Below, in pieces: positions 39,468-51,800 of a stretch of 64,000 bases of DNA. The first letter of the stretch is position 1. Each line of letters starts with the position of its first letter. The position numbers were made by a program, and so were the translations under genes. The DNA is from Longimicrobiales bacterium (GTDB lineage Bacteria; Gemmatimonadota; Gemmatimonadetes; Longimicrobiales; Gaopeijiaceae), in assembly GCA_965226375.1 (NCBI GenBank), contig CBDDCX010000008.1:544001-608000 (forward strand), read 5' to 3'. Below the pieces are notes generated by a model, which was not told the DNA's origin, ran no database searches, and saw nothing but the letters and a program-made list of their open reading frames with translations.

Positions 39468-41343
39468 CTAGCGCTTGGCCTCTACTCCGGCCAAGACGGC
39501 CAACGGAGCCTTGGTCCAAGTGGTCAGCCGGAACACTGATGCGGATGCCGGCCACGACGTCCTGAACCTCCTCGAATACCTCTACGGCGATCTGGACGCC
39601 TTCGGCCGAGGCGGCCTCGACACCACGCGCATCGGCGTCTTCCATCCTTTGGAGCACGCCTTTCGGTAGCTCGATGCCCGGCACCTCGTTGTGGAGGAAT
39701 TCTGCTTCTGCGAGTGACGTGAGAGGCCTCAAGCCTACGACGACGGGCACATCCAGATCAGGTGCTTGGGCGAGAAAGTCCTTCAGACGTTGAGGGGCGA
39801 ACAGGGGAGGGGTCACGACGAAGTGGGCTCCGGCATCCGCCTTCCAGCGGAAGCGTCCGATTTCTTGGTTCTGGTCGACCGCCACCGGATTTATCCGGAC
39901 GCCGATAACAAAGCGCGTGGGGCCACCGATTCCGCTGCCGCCCGGATCGACGCCCCGGTTCAGGCCATGGACCACGTTGGTCAGCCCGATCGAATCGATA
40001 TCGAGAACGGCTGTGGAGTCGGGATAGGGCCCGGTCATGGGGGGACGACCGGTCACGATGAGCAGGTTCCGAATGCCACCGGCCGCGGCACCGAGCAGGT
40101 CGCTGATCATGCGAGGCATGTTTCGATCCCTGCACGGGTAGTGAACGATGGTCTCGATCCCGACCTCCTGCTGGATGAGCAGTGCGGCCGGCAGTGCGCT
40201 CATGCGGCTGCGTGCGTGCGGGCTGTCCAGGACGTTCACCGAGTCGGCACCGGCTTCCTGAATCCTCCTGCACTGGTCGAGCATGTCGTCAGGGTTCCAG
40301 CCCTTCGGTGGGATGATCTCCAGACAGGTGACGAATGCGCCCTCCGTGAGTTTACGACCCAAGCGGGAGCGTTCGGTCAGGGGGATCTCTGGCTGCGTGT
40401 CGGGCGCTTGCGTCGCTCCGCCACTCGTCCGCGTCCTGGCCACGGACACCTGGGCACTGGCGACCACCGTCCGAATCTTCCGGATATGGTCCGGGCTCGT
40501 GCCACAACAGCCACCCACGAATCGGGCTCCCGCGTCGATCATGCGTCGAGCGTACTGCGCCATGTATTCCGGGCTGGCCAGATAGATCTTGCGGTCGCCC
40601 ACTGCACGGGGGAGGCCGGCGTTCGGCAGCGCGGAGAGTGGACGATCGGTCACCTGCGCCATGCGTTCCACCGCGTCGAGCATGACCGCCGGCCCCACGG
40701 AGCAATTCAGGCCGATGACGTCGGCCCCCCAGCGCGTGACCTCCGATGCCACGGCCTCCGGTGAGGTCCCGTATGAAGTGCGCCCGTCCTCGCCGACGGT
40801 GATCTGACAGAAGACGGGCAGGTCGGAGCTGCTCCGGATGGCTCGAAATGCCTGCTCCAACTCGTTGAGGTCGCTGAAGGTCTCCAGTATGAATCCGTCC
40901 ACCCCGCCCCCCAAGAGGCCGCTCACCTGTCTGACATAAAGCTCCTGGGCCTCTTCTCTCGAGGTGGGACCGAAGGGCTCGATGCGGATGCCGAGTGGGC
41001 CGATGGCCCCGGCTACGGCGGCGTTTCCGGTCGCGGCCCGGCGGGCGAGCTCCACGGCAACACGGTTGATCTCCTCCGTGCGGTCAGCCAGCCCGTGGCT
41101 GGAGAGTTTGACCGGGTTCGCGCCGAATGTGTTCGTCTCCACGATCTCCGCACCGGCGGCCACGTAGTCCCGGTGGATGGCTTCGACAATGTCCGGTGTC
41201 TCCAGGTTGAGCCCGTCGTAGGAGACGTTGACGAACACGCCACGAGCGTACAACTCGGTTCCCATGGCGCCGTCCATGACGTGGACACGCCCGTCATCGA
41301 TGAGTGCCCGTAGGGCCCCGTCGCCATTGTCCGATACGCTCAC
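39468..41343 (-). CDS. yitJ: Bifunctional homocysteine S-methyltransferase / methylenetetrahydrofolate reductase (YitJ-like); probable frameshift near the 3' end (ORF as read ends at 39361)
   Basis: [34 protein letters not shown], then MTHFR domain; GTG start overlaps the metH stop. Confidence 0.9.
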
Positions 41344-44300
41344 GATCCCTCGCTTTCCGGCTCGTAACCCAGGTTGGGGGACAGCCATCGCTCTGCTTCT
41401 TCCATCGTCAGGGTGGTGCGCCGTGCATAGTCGGACACTTGATCTCGGCCGATCCGTCCGACCCCGAAGTAGTGGGCCTCCGGGTGCGCGAAGTACCAGC
41501 CCGCGACCGAGGCGCCCGGAAGCATGGCGTAGCTCTCGGTGAGTTGCACCCCGATCCGGTCCTCGGCATCCAGAAGGTCGAACAGAGTTCGCTTCTGGGT
41601 GTGGTCGGGACACGACGGATAACCCGGTGCGGGCCGGATCCCAACGTAGTGCTCGGCGATCAAGTCGTCGCTCGAGAGGCCGTCCTCACCGGTGTAGCCC
41701 CACAACTCCGTACGCACCCGCTCGTGCAGACGCTCGGCGAGCGCTTCGGCCAGGCGGTCCGCGAGGGCCTTGGCCATGATGCTTCCGTAGTCGTCCGATT
41801 CGGCCTCGAGAGACCGACACAACTCGTCCAACCCCAGGCCGGCCGTAACCACGAACGCTCCCACGTGGTCTTGCAGTCCCGACCCCTTGGGGGCCACAAA
41901 GTCGGACAGGCACAGATTGGGCCGGCCGTTCTTCTTCGCGAACTGTTGACGAAGGCCGTAAATCGTCGCCCACCGCCCGTCGCTGCCGAGTATCTCGATG
42001 TCGTCGCCCTCACTATGGGCGGGGAACAGTCCGGAAACGGCAGCGGCCTTCAGCAGCCCCTCGTCCATGATCCGGTCCAGGAGCTGCCGAGCGTCGTCGT
42101 ACAGAATCTGCGCCTGCTCTCCGGTTTCCTTGGCATCCAAGATCTCCGGGAAGCGCCCTTTGATCTCCCACGCCTGAAAAAACGGAGTCCAGTCGACGTA
42201 TTCAATGAGCTCATCTAGGGGGTACTCCTCGAACACGCGGACTCCGGTCTCCTTAGGAGCCACGGGCGCATGGACTGTCCAATCGACGTCGGCTCGGTTT
42301 TCCCGCGCCTCTTCAAGAGGGACCAGGCGGGACCGACTACTCCTCGCGGCGTGGGCTTCCCGCTCACTCCGGTGGGTGTTCCTCAGTTCCTCCAGGAAGG
42401 CCTCTCGATCCTTGCCTCCCAGGAGCGCCCGGAGCACGGGCACGCACCGTGACGCGTCCGTAACGTGGACGGTCGGGCCGTGATACTTCTCTTCGATACG
42501 GACCGCCGTATGCCTGCGTGACGTGGTGGCTCCTCCTATAAGGAGCGGCACCTCGAACTCAAGGCGCTCCATCTCCGCGGCCACATGGACCATCTGGTCC
42601 AAGGAGGGCGTGATGAGGCCGCTCAGGCCGATGGCGTCGGCGTCCTGATTGCGTGCCTCCTCGAGAATTGTGGCAGCCGGGACCATCACCCCCAGATCCA
42701 CCACCTCGTAGCCGTTACACTGCAGGACCACCGACACGATGTTCTTACCGATGTCGTGAACGTCCCCCTTTACGGTGGCCATGACGATCTTTCCGGCCGA
42801 CGCCCGTGCTTGCGCACCGCTCGCCTTTTCGGCTTCGATGAACGGGAACAGATAGGCGACCGCCTTCTTCATGACCCGCGCGCTCTTCACGACCTGTGGA
42901 AGGAACATCTTGCCCTCGCCGAAGAGGTCTCCAACCACGTTCATGCCATCCATGAGGGGACCCTCGATCACGTCCAGGGCCCTCGCGGAGTTGGCTCGCG
43001 CTTCTTCGGTGTCGTCCTCGATGTACTCGGTCTCGCCGTGGATCAACGCATGCCGAAGTCGATCTTCTACCGGATCCGCTCGCCAGGCGTCGTTCTTCTC
43101 AACTCTCTTGCCGGCACCGGCGTACTGCTCTGCGAGGGCGGTCAACCGCTCGGTGGCGTCCGGGCGTCGGTTGAAGAGGACATCCTCCACCGCCTCGAGG
43201 AGATCGGGTGGAATCTCGTCATATACAGGCAGGGCACCGGCGTTCACGATGGCCATGTCGAGCCCGGCTTTGATGGCGTGATACAGAAACGCCGAGTGCA
43301 TGGCTTCCCGTACCCGCGGGCTGCCGCGGAAAGAGAACGAAACGTTGCTGACGCCTCCGCTCACGTGTGTGAGCGGCAGGCGCTCCTTGATCAAGCGCGT
43401 CGCGTCGATAAAGGCGATGGCGTATTCGTTGTGCTCCTCGATGCCGGTGCCAACCGCAAAGATGTTGGGATCGAAGATGATGTCCTGGGGCGGGAAACCG
43501 ACCTTCTCGACAAGGATCTCGTAGGCCCGCTCGCAGATGTCCACCTTACGCTCGACAGTGTCGGCCTGGCCCTCTTCGTCGAAGGCCATGACGATGACGG
43601 CCGCACCGTAACGGCGGGCGAGACGCGCCTTTTCGACGAACGGTTCCTCGCCGTCCTTCAGGCTGATGGAGTTCACCACCCCCTTGCCCTGAATGCATTT
43701 GAGCCCGGCTTCAATCACGTCCCAGCGCGATGAGTCCAGAACGAAGGGAATACGACTCACGGCCGGCTCGGATCCCAGCAGATTCAGGAAGCGCGTCATG
43801 GCCGCTACCGAGTCGAGCAGGCCCTCGTCCATGTTCACGTCCAGCATCTGGGCCCCACTCTGTTCCTGCTGGCGGGCCACCTCTACCGCGCCCTCGTAGT
43901 CATCTTCCTCAATGAGCTCCTGGAAGCGGCGGGAACCGGTCACGTTCGTCCGCTCACCGATGTTGGCGAAGAGCGATTCTGGCCCCAATATCAGCGGCTC
44001 CAATCCGCTCAGTCGACTGCGCGGCGGCAAGCTCGGAATTTCTCGGGGAGGCAAGCCGGCGACCGCCTCCGCGATCGCGGCGATGTGCTCCGGGACGGTA
44101 CCGCAGCACCCCCCCACGATGTTCACGAATCCCGCTTCTGCGAACTCTCGAATCATGGCAGAGGTGACGTCTGGAGTCTCATCGTATTCGCCGAACGCAT
44201 TCGGCAGTCCGGCGTTGGGGTGGCAGCTCACGGGCATCTCGGCCACCTGTGCCAAGGCGTCGAGATGAGGCCTGAGCTGCTCGGCACCCAGCGCGCAGTT

Positions 44301-45053
44301 CAGACCCACGGAAAAGAGCCCAGCGTGCGAAACCGAGTGGTAGAACGCTTCGGGCGTTTGGCCGCTCAACGTACGCCCGCTGGCGTCGGTGATCGTGCCC
44401 GAGACCATGATCGGCACCCATTCGCCCCGTTCATCGAACAGGTCAAGGATGGCGAACAGGGCCGCCTTGGCGTTCAGGGTGTCGAAGATGGTCTCCACCA
44501 TGAGAAGATCCGCGCCGCCGTCCAAGAGCCCTCGAGCCTGCTCACGGTATGCCTTGGAGAGCTCGTCGAAGGTGACGGCTCGAAAGGCAGGATTCTCCAC
44601 GTCGGGTGAGAGGGAGGCGGTGCGATTCGTGGGCCCCATACTACCGCACACGAATCGGGGCTTATCGGGTGTCACTGCGGTGGCCTCGTCGACGGCGCGC
44701 CGGGCCAGGGAGGCTGCGGCGACGTTCACCCGGTACGCTTCAGCCTCGAGTGCGTAATCGGCTAGAGAGATGGCCTGGGCGTTGAACGTGTTGGTCTCGA
44801 TGATGTCCGAGCCCGCATCCAGGTAGGCCTTGTGGATCTCGTAGATGGTGTCGGGCTGGGTCACCGAAAGGAGATCGTTGGCGCCCATCAACGGGACGTG
44901 GTGATCACGATAGGCATCACCCTGGAAGTCCTCTTCCGACAGCCGGTAGCTCTGGATCATGGTGCCCATGGCGCCGTCCAGAACGAGGATGCGGCTGGCC
45001 ATCGCCGACTGGAGGGCTCGGGTATGATCGGAGCTTCGGGTGGGGCCACTCAT
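41340..45053 (-). CDS. metH: Cobalamin-dependent methionine synthase
   Basis: [61 protein letters not shown]. Confidence 0.98.
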   Translation of the reverse strand: MSGPTRSSDHTRALQSAMASRILVLDGAMGTMIQSYRLSEEDFQGDAYRDHHVPLMGANDLLSVTQPDTIYEIHKAYLDAGSDIIETNTFNAQAISLADYALEAEAYRVNVAAASLARRAVDEATAVTPDKPRFVCGSMGPTNRTASLSPDVENPAFRAVTFDELSKAYREQARGLLDGGADLLMVETIFDTLNAKAALFAILDLFDERGEWVPIMVSGTITDASGRTLSGQTPEAFYHSVSHAGLFSVGLNCALGAEQLRPHLDALAQVAEMPVSCHPNAGLPNAFGEYDETPDVTSAMIREFAEAGFVNIVGGCCGTVPEHIAAIAEAVAGLPPREIPSLPPRSRLSGLEPLILGPESLFANIGERTNVTGSRRFQELIEEDDYEGAVEVARQQEQSGAQMLDVNMDEGLLDSVAAMTRFLNLLGSEPAVSRIPFVLDSSRWDVIEAGLKCIQGKGVVNSISLKDGEEPFVEKARLARRYGAAVIVMAFDEEGQADTVERKVDICERAYEILVEKVGFPPQDIIFDPNIFAVGTGIEEHNEYAIAFIDATRLIKERLPLTHVSGGVSNVSFSFRGSPRVREAMHSAFLYHAIKAGLDMAIVNAGALPVYDEIPPDLLEAVEDVLFNRRPDATERLTALAEQYAGAGKRVEKNDAWRADPVEDRLRHALIHGETEYIEDDTEEARANSARALDVIEGPLMDGMNVVGDLFGEGKMFLPQVVKSARVMKKAVAYLFPFIEAEKASGAQARASAGKIVMATVKGDVHDIGKNIVSVVLQCNGYEVVDLGVMVPAATILEEARNQDADAIGLSGLITPSLDQMVHVAAEMERLEFEVPLLIGGATTSRRHTAVRIEEKYHGPTVHVTDASRCVPVLRALLGGKDREAFLEELRNTHRSEREAHAARSSRSRLVPLEEARENRADVDWTVHAPVAPKETGVRVFEEYPLDELIEYVDWTPFFQAWEIKGRFPEILDAKETGEQAQILYDDARQLLDRIMDEGLLKAAAVSGLFPAHSEGDDIEILGSDGRWATIYGLRQQFAKKNGRPNLCLSDFVAPKGSGLQDHVGAFVVTAGLGLDELCRSLEAESDDYGSIMAKALADRLAEALAERLHERVRTELWGYTGEDGLSSDDLIAEHYVGIRPAPGYPSCPDHTQKRTLFDLLDAEDRIGVQLTESYAMLPGASVAGWYFAHPEAHYFGVGRIGRDQVSDYARRTTLTMEEAERWLSPNLGYEPESEGS

Positions 45054-45100
45054 CGGAATCGTCTCACGCCTCCCATATCGGTGCTCGGAAGGGGGATCCG

Positions 45101-45140
45101 AAAATCAAAAACCTCGTCGCAAACCGACAGCGTCGAGGGT
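45101..45140 (-). terminator. Intrinsic terminator in the metH leader
   Basis: Minus strand CCUCG-A-CGC...GCG-A-CGAGG hairpin followed by UUUUUGAUUUU, between the aptamer and the metH start. Confidence 0.7.
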
Positions 45141-45142
45141 CT

Positions 45143-45195
45143 GGCTTTTTAGCGGTTTTGTGCCGGGCCGCAATACGCCTCAAATCACCCCGTCC
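45143..45195 (-). ncRNA. SAM-II (SAM-alpha-type) riboswitch aptamer
   Basis: Minus strand GGGGUGAUUUG-AGGCGUAUUGCG-GCCC-GGCACAAAACC-GCUAAAAAG carries the SAM-II hallmarks UGAUUU / UUGC / GCUAAA; upstream of metH. Confidence 0.82.
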
Positions 45196-45321
45196 GAATT
45201 GTGTTCAAAAAAGCTAGTGCCGGGCGCCCGGAATTTCTAGTGTTCAGTGGGGGGACGAACGTGGGGAGTGCGTTCACGAGGATGTCCGTTTTGACTAGAA
45301 TATGAAAAATTCGAACGGGAG

Positions 45322-46233
45322 ATGGCTTTGACGAACATCGCGGGCGGCGTCATCCAGGCGGCTGCCGGATTCTTCAAGGGACACGGGCTCGGCAACGATT
45401 ACATCGTGTGTGAGGTCGGAAGCGACTGGAAAATGTGGACGGGTAGTGTCGTGGCCGTGTGCGACCGCTGGAGAGGTCCCGGGAGCGATGGCATCGTCGT
45501 CCTCCTGGACCGTAGCGGACCTCCGTTCCGCCTCCGCATGTTCAATCCCGATGGTTCAGAATTCGAGCGGAGCGGTAACGGCCTTCGCATCCTTGCGTCG
45601 TACCTGGCGGCCGAGGGCCTCGTGGCCGGCGAGCCTTTCGATGTCGAGGTCGGGGGCGACACGGTGCGTTTGCACGTACTTGGACGACAGGGCAGAGGCG
45701 TGTACGACGTGTCGGTCGACATGGGCCGTATCGGGTACGGTGCCGAAGCGGTCGGCCTGGACGCCGAAGCTCTCGATGCGGACGGAGGCATCGATCTCGG
45801 CCCGGCGGGCATTCACGTGCTGGAGCTGATTTCGGTGGGCAACCCGCACGCCGTGGTCTTCCCAGAAGTCTGGACCCCTGAGCAGCTCGACGAAATCGGG
45901 CCGCTCATCTCGACCCACGCCGGGTTCTCGTCCGGGACCAACGTGCAGATGGCCCGCGTGCTGGGTCCGGGTTTGGTCGAGGCACTCATCTGGGAGCGGG
46001 GCGTGGGGCCCACATCGGCGTCGGGCACTTCTTCTTGTGCGGTCGCGGCGGCCACCGTGAAGTCGGGCCGGGGCGATCCGGGCGTCTACGAGGTGCGGAT
46101 GGAGGGAGGAAGCCTGGAAGTGACGGTGAGTCCCGAGTCAGAGATCACGCTCAGGGGCCCGGTGCAGGAGATCTATCGGGGGCGGTTCACTGCGGGATTC
46201 CTCGAGGAACTCGAGGCGCTCGGGGCAAGCTGA
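45322..46233 (+). CDS. dapF: Diaminopimelate epimerase-family protein (Ser in place of both catalytic Cys)
   Basis: KGHGLGNDY, GSDGI, FNPDGSEFERSGNG, VGNPHAV, TNVQ, WERGVGPTSASGT. Confidence 0.85.
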   Translation: MALTNIAGGVIQAAAGFFKGHGLGNDYIVCEVGSDWKMWTGSVVAVCDRWRGPGSDGIVVLLDRSGPPFRLRMFNPDGSEFERSGNGLRILASYLAAEGLVAGEPFDVEVGGDTVRLHVLGRQGRGVYDVSVDMGRIGYGAEAVGLDAEALDADGGIDLGPAGIHVLELISVGNPHAVVFPEVWTPEQLDEIGPLISTHAGFSSGTNVQMARVLGPGLVEALIWERGVGPTSASGTSSCAVAAATVKSGRGDPGVYEVRMEGGSLEVTVSPESEITLRGPVQEIYRGRFTAGFLEELEALGAS

Positions 46234-46238
46234 GGGCG

Positions 46239-47312
46239 TTAGGTCCTCACGCGCTTCAGCAGAATCAGTCCACAGGCCAGAAAGACGAAGTTGGGCAACC
46301 ATGCCGAGAGGAACGGCGACAATGCTCCGGTCCGTCCGGCTGCTCCTGCAAGCCGAAATACGAGCATGTACAGGATCGTCGACCCCAATGCCACGCCGAT
46401 GCCGTACGCAGCGCCGCCGCGTCGCGAGCTCGTGGCCAGCGGTCCCCCGAAGAGGATGATCACCAACGTCGCGACCGCGATGGCTTTGCGTTGCTCCTTC
46501 TTCACCAGGAGCTTGCTCGGATCGCCTCCCGAGCGACTGATGTTCGCCGCCATTCGGTCGATCTCCGCGACGGTCATCTCGTCCTCGTCGTTGGGTCGCT
46601 CGAGCAGGCCGGTAGGGTGCTCGCCGAAGCCTCGAGTTCGTAGGGAATCGAAGTGGAAGGTCAAAGTCGGTCGGCCCTCGGGAAGGATCCGGAGGTAGCC
46701 GTCCCGAAAGGTCCAGCCGTGGATAGTGTCGAACGGGACCTCCCTCGCGGAGATGTGTTCGGCCGGCTGTCCCGAGGCTCTGGCCGGAACTTCCATGATC
46801 ACCTCGCGCAGGCTCGCCGGCTCTATGTTCAAGCGCTGGACGGTCAGTGTCCGATCGTCGTCTCCCTTGAACACGAAGGTGGCCCGCCATTGACGTCTGG
46901 GATCCTCACTTCGGAGAATCTGCCCGGCCCGCCGTTTAGCGACTGGAACAGCCTCACTGAGCAGAAGGCCGGCCCCGGTCAGCAAGACACCCATGACGAT
47001 CAGAGGGGCCATGAGCCGGTGGAACGAAATCCCACCCGCCTTGGCGGCCATCACTTCTCTGTGTTGCGTCATGCCATGGATCGTGAAAACTGCAGCCAGG
47101 AGGGCCGCAATTGGAAAGGACCAGGAGATGTACTCGGGAAACTGGTATACGTACGCCAAGGCCACCTCTTTGACGGTGAGGCCCCGGTCGAAGTAGCGAT
47201 CCACGTTCTCGACGATGTTGCCGATGATGAAGAGCAGCGGCGCGCCGATGATGAAGAGCGCGAAGATGCGCAGGAACGTCTTGGCGATGAGTAGATCGAG
47301 GATCCGAATCAT
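46239..47312 (-). CDS. lptG: LptF/LptG family permease
   Basis: PIAALLAAVFT...REVMAAKAGGIS, PFLSAWLPN; ATGA overlap with the upstream paralog. Confidence 0.88.
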   Translation of the reverse strand: MIRILDLLIAKTFLRIFALFIIGAPLLFIIGNIVENVDRYFDRGLTVKEVALAYVYQFPEYISWSFPIAALLAAVFTIHGMTQHREVMAAKAGGISFHRLMAPLIVMGVLLTGAGLLLSEAVPVAKRRAGQILRSEDPRRQWRATFVFKGDDDRTLTVQRLNIEPASLREVIMEVPARASGQPAEHISAREVPFDTIHGWTFRDGYLRILPEGRPTLTFHFDSLRTRGFGEHPTGLLERPNDEDEMTVAEIDRMAANISRSGGDPSKLLVKKEQRKAIAVATLVIILFGGPLATSSRRGGAAYGIGVALGSTILYMLVFRLAGAAGRTGALSPFLSAWLPNFVFLACGLILLKRVRT

Positions 47313-48754
47313 GCCGATGCTCTTCGTGGCCTCACCAATCGTCGCGTGAAGTCTCCTATGGCAAAGAGGGCTTCGTCCAATCCACCACCTCGGTTCGCCC
47401 CTGCGGATCGACCCATGCGGGCTACAAAGAAGAGTCCCAGGACCAGGAAGGCCAGGTCCGGGGCCCACATGGCCCAAAACGGTGGGACCACCCCTTTGTC
47501 GGCCAGGTTTTCGCCACCGATCAGTCCGGCCCAATAGATGGCGAAGATCCCCACCGAGACGGCGATCACCATTCCGACACCTCCGCGCGGAAAGCGGATG
47601 GCCAGCGGAGCGCCCATGAGCACGAACACGATGCACGCGAAGGAGATGGCGAATTTCTTGTGGATCTCCACCCAGAACTGATCCACGCTGGTCTGGAGTG
47701 CGTAGATCTGACCCTGATTCTGACGACCGGCCAGAGCGAGCCGCCGCGTCATGTCATCCTCGAAGATCAGGAACTCCTCTCCAGCCACCTCATCCTCATC
47801 GTCGGTGGCTTCGGGGTCGAAGGTCACCTGATAAGCGTGGGGTGAGCCTTCCGGCGGGCGTCCCAGGGCCTGGTCGAGGGCCATGCGCGCCCGCTCATAA
47901 CCGCTCTCCTGTACCCGTGCGATCTCCGCTGTCCGGTCAGCCACTTCGTCCCGGAGCATCGCCACCGACATCTCGCGATCGCTCCGGAAGGTCCCGCCCT
48001 GTTGCCGCTCCAGCTCGTCGCCCACCCCCCTCAGGGGAATGATCTGCGTCTCGAACTCCGACCGCTTGAACTCGCCGGACCGATCGGCTCCCACCTCTCG
48101 AACCTCACCGTCGTACAGGGTCAGGTAGAGGTCGGTGCGCGCCCGGTTGAACTCCATCTTCCCGCTTGATGCGTACGTGGTCCGATGTGTGTAAGGATCG
48201 CTCAAATCGTAGATGACCACATCGGTCATCTCGTTGGTGGTGGGGTCGATCGTGGCTGCCTGCAGGTACACCGTACCGGACCGGGCCTCTGTTTGGATAT
48301 TGTTGATAACCCGCTCTCGGAGCTCTAGCGTCGGGCTCTTTTTGCCGAGATCGATGCTCAGGTTCTTGAGCCGATGATTGGTCTCCGGGAGCACCTGGTC
48401 GTTGAAATAGAACATGACGCCGGTCAGGATAACTCCGGCTCCGAGGAGTGGAGCCAACATCCGGATCGGCTGGATTCCGCCCGCGGACATGGCGGTAATC
48501 TCGTTGGCGGCAGTAAGCTCACTGAAGGTGTAGAGTACTGAGACAAGGATAGCCATGGGGAGAGTCAGAGCGATCGTGTGCGGCAGGGAGAGCAGTAGGA
48601 ACTCTCCAATGACGCTCCACGGCAGACCCTTCCCGACAAGACTCTCCATCCGCTGAGCGACAGCGTTGAGGAAGAGGAGCCCGGTCAGCGCCGAAAACGC
48701 GAAGAGAAACGGCCCCGCGTGAGCACGGATTAGATACCTGGTGATAATTCCCAT
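47309..48754 (-). CDS. lptF: LptF/LptG family permease
   Basis: TLPMAILVS...NEITAMSAGGI, VEIHKKFAISFACIVFVLMGAPL. Confidence 0.88.
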   Translation of the reverse strand: MGIITRYLIRAHAGPFLFAFSALTGLLFLNAVAQRMESLVGKGLPWSVIGEFLLLSLPHTIALTLPMAILVSVLYTFSELTAANEITAMSAGGIQPIRMLAPLLGAGVILTGVMFYFNDQVLPETNHRLKNLSIDLGKKSPTLELRERVINNIQTEARSGTVYLQAATIDPTTNEMTDVVIYDLSDPYTHRTTYASSGKMEFNRARTDLYLTLYDGEVREVGADRSGEFKRSEFETQIIPLRGVGDELERQQGGTFRSDREMSVAMLRDEVADRTAEIARVQESGYERARMALDQALGRPPEGSPHAYQVTFDPEATDDEDEVAGEEFLIFEDDMTRRLALAGRQNQGQIYALQTSVDQFWVEIHKKFAISFACIVFVLMGAPLAIRFPRGGVGMVIAVSVGIFAIYWAGLIGGENLADKGVVPPFWAMWAPDLAFLVLGLFFVARMGRSAGANRGGGLDEALFAIGDFTRRLVRPRRASA

Positions 48755-48808
48755 TCGGACAACCCTACACCGTACCCCGGCATCCGATCCAGGCCAGGCT
48801 GCCTAGTC

Positions 48809-51800
48809 GTGTTATCTCACGCTGCCCTGCTGGCTCTGGCACTGACGGTACCGCTGCCCGGCCGTGCCCTGACTGTGCAGGCCGTGCAGGACACCGTGCG
48901 CTGGCGACCACCCGGACTGGAGCTACCGGCCTTCCTCGCCGCCTTCCCCGGCCGCTCGGCCGGCATGTCGTCCTCGGTCGTGCAGTTGGGACTCAAGCCG
49001 ATGCCGCCTCTGGTTCCCATCGAGTTGAGCGTGCCGGCCGTTGTGCGAGGCGGTCCAGTACCCGAGGCGTCACGTTGGTTGGTGGCTCCCGGGCCTACAC
49101 TGATTCGGCGTCGTCTTGCGCTCCAGAGGATGGCATTGTTCAAGCCATCCGCACCGGATCGCGTGATGCGGTCGGTGGTGGGCGACAGCGATGCGTCACT
49201 TCTAGGCGGCGGACTTTCAGACCTGGATGTCGAGATCGTGGGGCAGGCGGAGTTGGGAGGCGATTGGACCAGCTTTCGGCCCTGCGACTCGCGGGTCCAG
49301 TTTTCATGTGATCCCGGCGTGCTGCCGAAGCTCAACCCCGACATTCAATTCGCGGTGCGGGCGCAGGGGACCATCGCCGAGCGTATTACGCTGGACGTGG
49401 ACTTCGATCAGGCTCGTGAGTTCTCTGCCGCGAACAACATCAACATCTTTTACGACGGTGACGAGGACGACGTCCTGAAGCGTGTGGAATTGGGGGACGT
49501 CACGTTCGCCCTGCCGACGTCGCGCTTTCTCACGGAGGGCATCCCCGCCGGAAACTTTGGCTTTCTGGCATCGGGCCAGGTCGGACCCCTGGAATTCGAT
49601 GGGGTGTGGGCTCAACAGCAGGGCGATCTGTCCAGACGGGAGTTCCGCCTGAGTGGGGGGCCGGGCCAGGAGAGCTTCGTGCAAGTGGACACGCTGGTTC
49701 TCGATGACGCCGACTACGTTCTGGGCCAGTTCTTTTTCCTCGTGGATCCCGAGTTCATAGATCGTAGCCCGCACATCGACGTGCTTTCACTCGACCCGTC
49801 GTCCGGTCCCGTGTCCCTTTCCCCCGGAGCGGAGCCCATTCAGGTCTACCGATTCGAGACCGATCCCGTGACCCGTCAGCAGGTCGAGGGTTTGATCCAG
49901 GCGGACGGATTTGCCTCTAAGGATGGAGACACAGTCGAGGAGTCTGGGTGGTTCCGCTTTCTGCAGCCGGGCGTCGACTACTCCGTCCACTCGAGCGGGC
50001 TTTGGCTGGCTCTGCGCCAACCCCTTCGGCAGGAAGAGATGCTTGCGGTGACGTATATCACCGCCACGGGCGACACCATCGGAACGTACAACCCTGAGAG
50101 TGTCTACAACGCCGGGGGTCGCCCTCGCCTCAAGCTTCTGAAGGCGTCGAGGGCCAATCACCGTCCGGGTCGACCCACCTGGGACCTCGAGATGCACCAA
50201 GTATACCGGGTGTCGTCCTCGCCCGATGTGGATCCCAACTCGGTTCACCTGACCATCTCGTTGGGTGAGCTCAGCGCCGGGCGCACGTTCAAACGAGAGC
50301 TGGGCGGAAGGGATATCACGTTCTTGCGCCTCTTCGGCCTGGACGAGGAATCACCGATCGACGTGCTGGACCAGGCGGGGGTCTACAAACCCGCCCTGGA
50401 GCTCTTTCAGGAGCAGCCTGTCATTCCGGGCGTGTTCATAATCTTTCCGACTCTCGAACCCTTCCAGGCCCCTCCGCCCGTCGAGTCACTCGGTCTCAGC
50501 GAGCAAGAGACGGCGGCGATTCTCGAGGGCGACGGCAACCCGACGATCTACGAGGAAGAGGACCCCTTCCTCCGGGAGAGTGGAGGCCTCTATAGGCTGA
50601 CCATCCCCTTCGAGCTGAGGAGCAGAGGGGTCATCTCCTCGTTCTCTCTGGGAGCTATCGGCATACGTGATGACTCGGAGAGGATTTTCCTGGGCGACCG
50701 CCTGTTGTCTCGCGGCACCGATTACGAGATCGACTATTCCATCGGCCAGGTAACGCTCATTCAACCAGAGATTCTGTTCGCCACGGCGTCGGAGCCGGTC
50801 GTACGGGCTACGTGGGAGCAGAAGTCGATCTTCCAGGTGGCGCCCACGACGGTGTTCGGGGTGAGCGGGCGCTTGTCGGCGGGGGAGGTGGGCGGTTTCA
50901 ATTTCCTCGCGCTCCATCAACGTGAGAGAGCGTTGGTGAACCGGCCGCAACTTGGGGTGGAGGCGGCTGCCATCACCTTGAGTGGTCTCAGCATGAACTT
51001 CGACTTCCCGGCTCGGGGACTCGACCGCCTTGTGGAAAGCATTCCGTTCCTGCGGGTCGGCGGGCCGTCACGTATCGGAGTAGAGGGAGAAGTGGCCCTT
51101 TCTTTTCCCAACCCGAACATCCGGTCTGATGTTTTCCTCGACGATTTCGACTCATCCAATGAGCTCGCGCTCTCCCTATTTTCCTATGACTGGCTCCGCG
51201 GGAGTGTGCCGGGCTTCAGGACCGGGGCCGAGGATGTATTTCCGATGGCCCTGGACGAGACGGACGCGGCCGATCTGGTATGGCAGCACGCGTGGACAAT
51301 TCCGGGAGTGGGTGAAGACAGTGTGGGCGTTTTCCCCGGATTCCTGCCTGAAGACGACATTGACCGGCAGATCAACGTCCTGGGCAGCCAGGTTCGGGAG
51401 ATCGGCCTGCTCTTCTCGTTCATCCCCCATCCAGACGCGCCCGGGGGCACCTCGTGGCGCTCGATCACCACCAGCCTCAGCTCCACGGGACTCGACCTGA
51501 GTAAGAGCGAGTCTCTGGAATTCTACGTGGCCGAAGGGGACTCGCTGGACCTGATCATCGACCTGGGCACCGTAGGCGAGGACGCCCTGTTCGTCGACGC
51601 CGACGGACGGCTCAATGGAGTGAAGAGCAACGGGTCGCCCTGGGGCAGGGGCATCTTGGATCACGAGGCCGATCCACGGCTCGGCGAGATCTGGAGCCAG
51701 GAGGCGGACGAACGTGGGGTCTGGCTCGAGTCGTGTTTGGCCGAGCCTGCGGCGGTCTACCCTACGGGCGATCCACGGGGCAGCTGCACCCGGGGCAACG

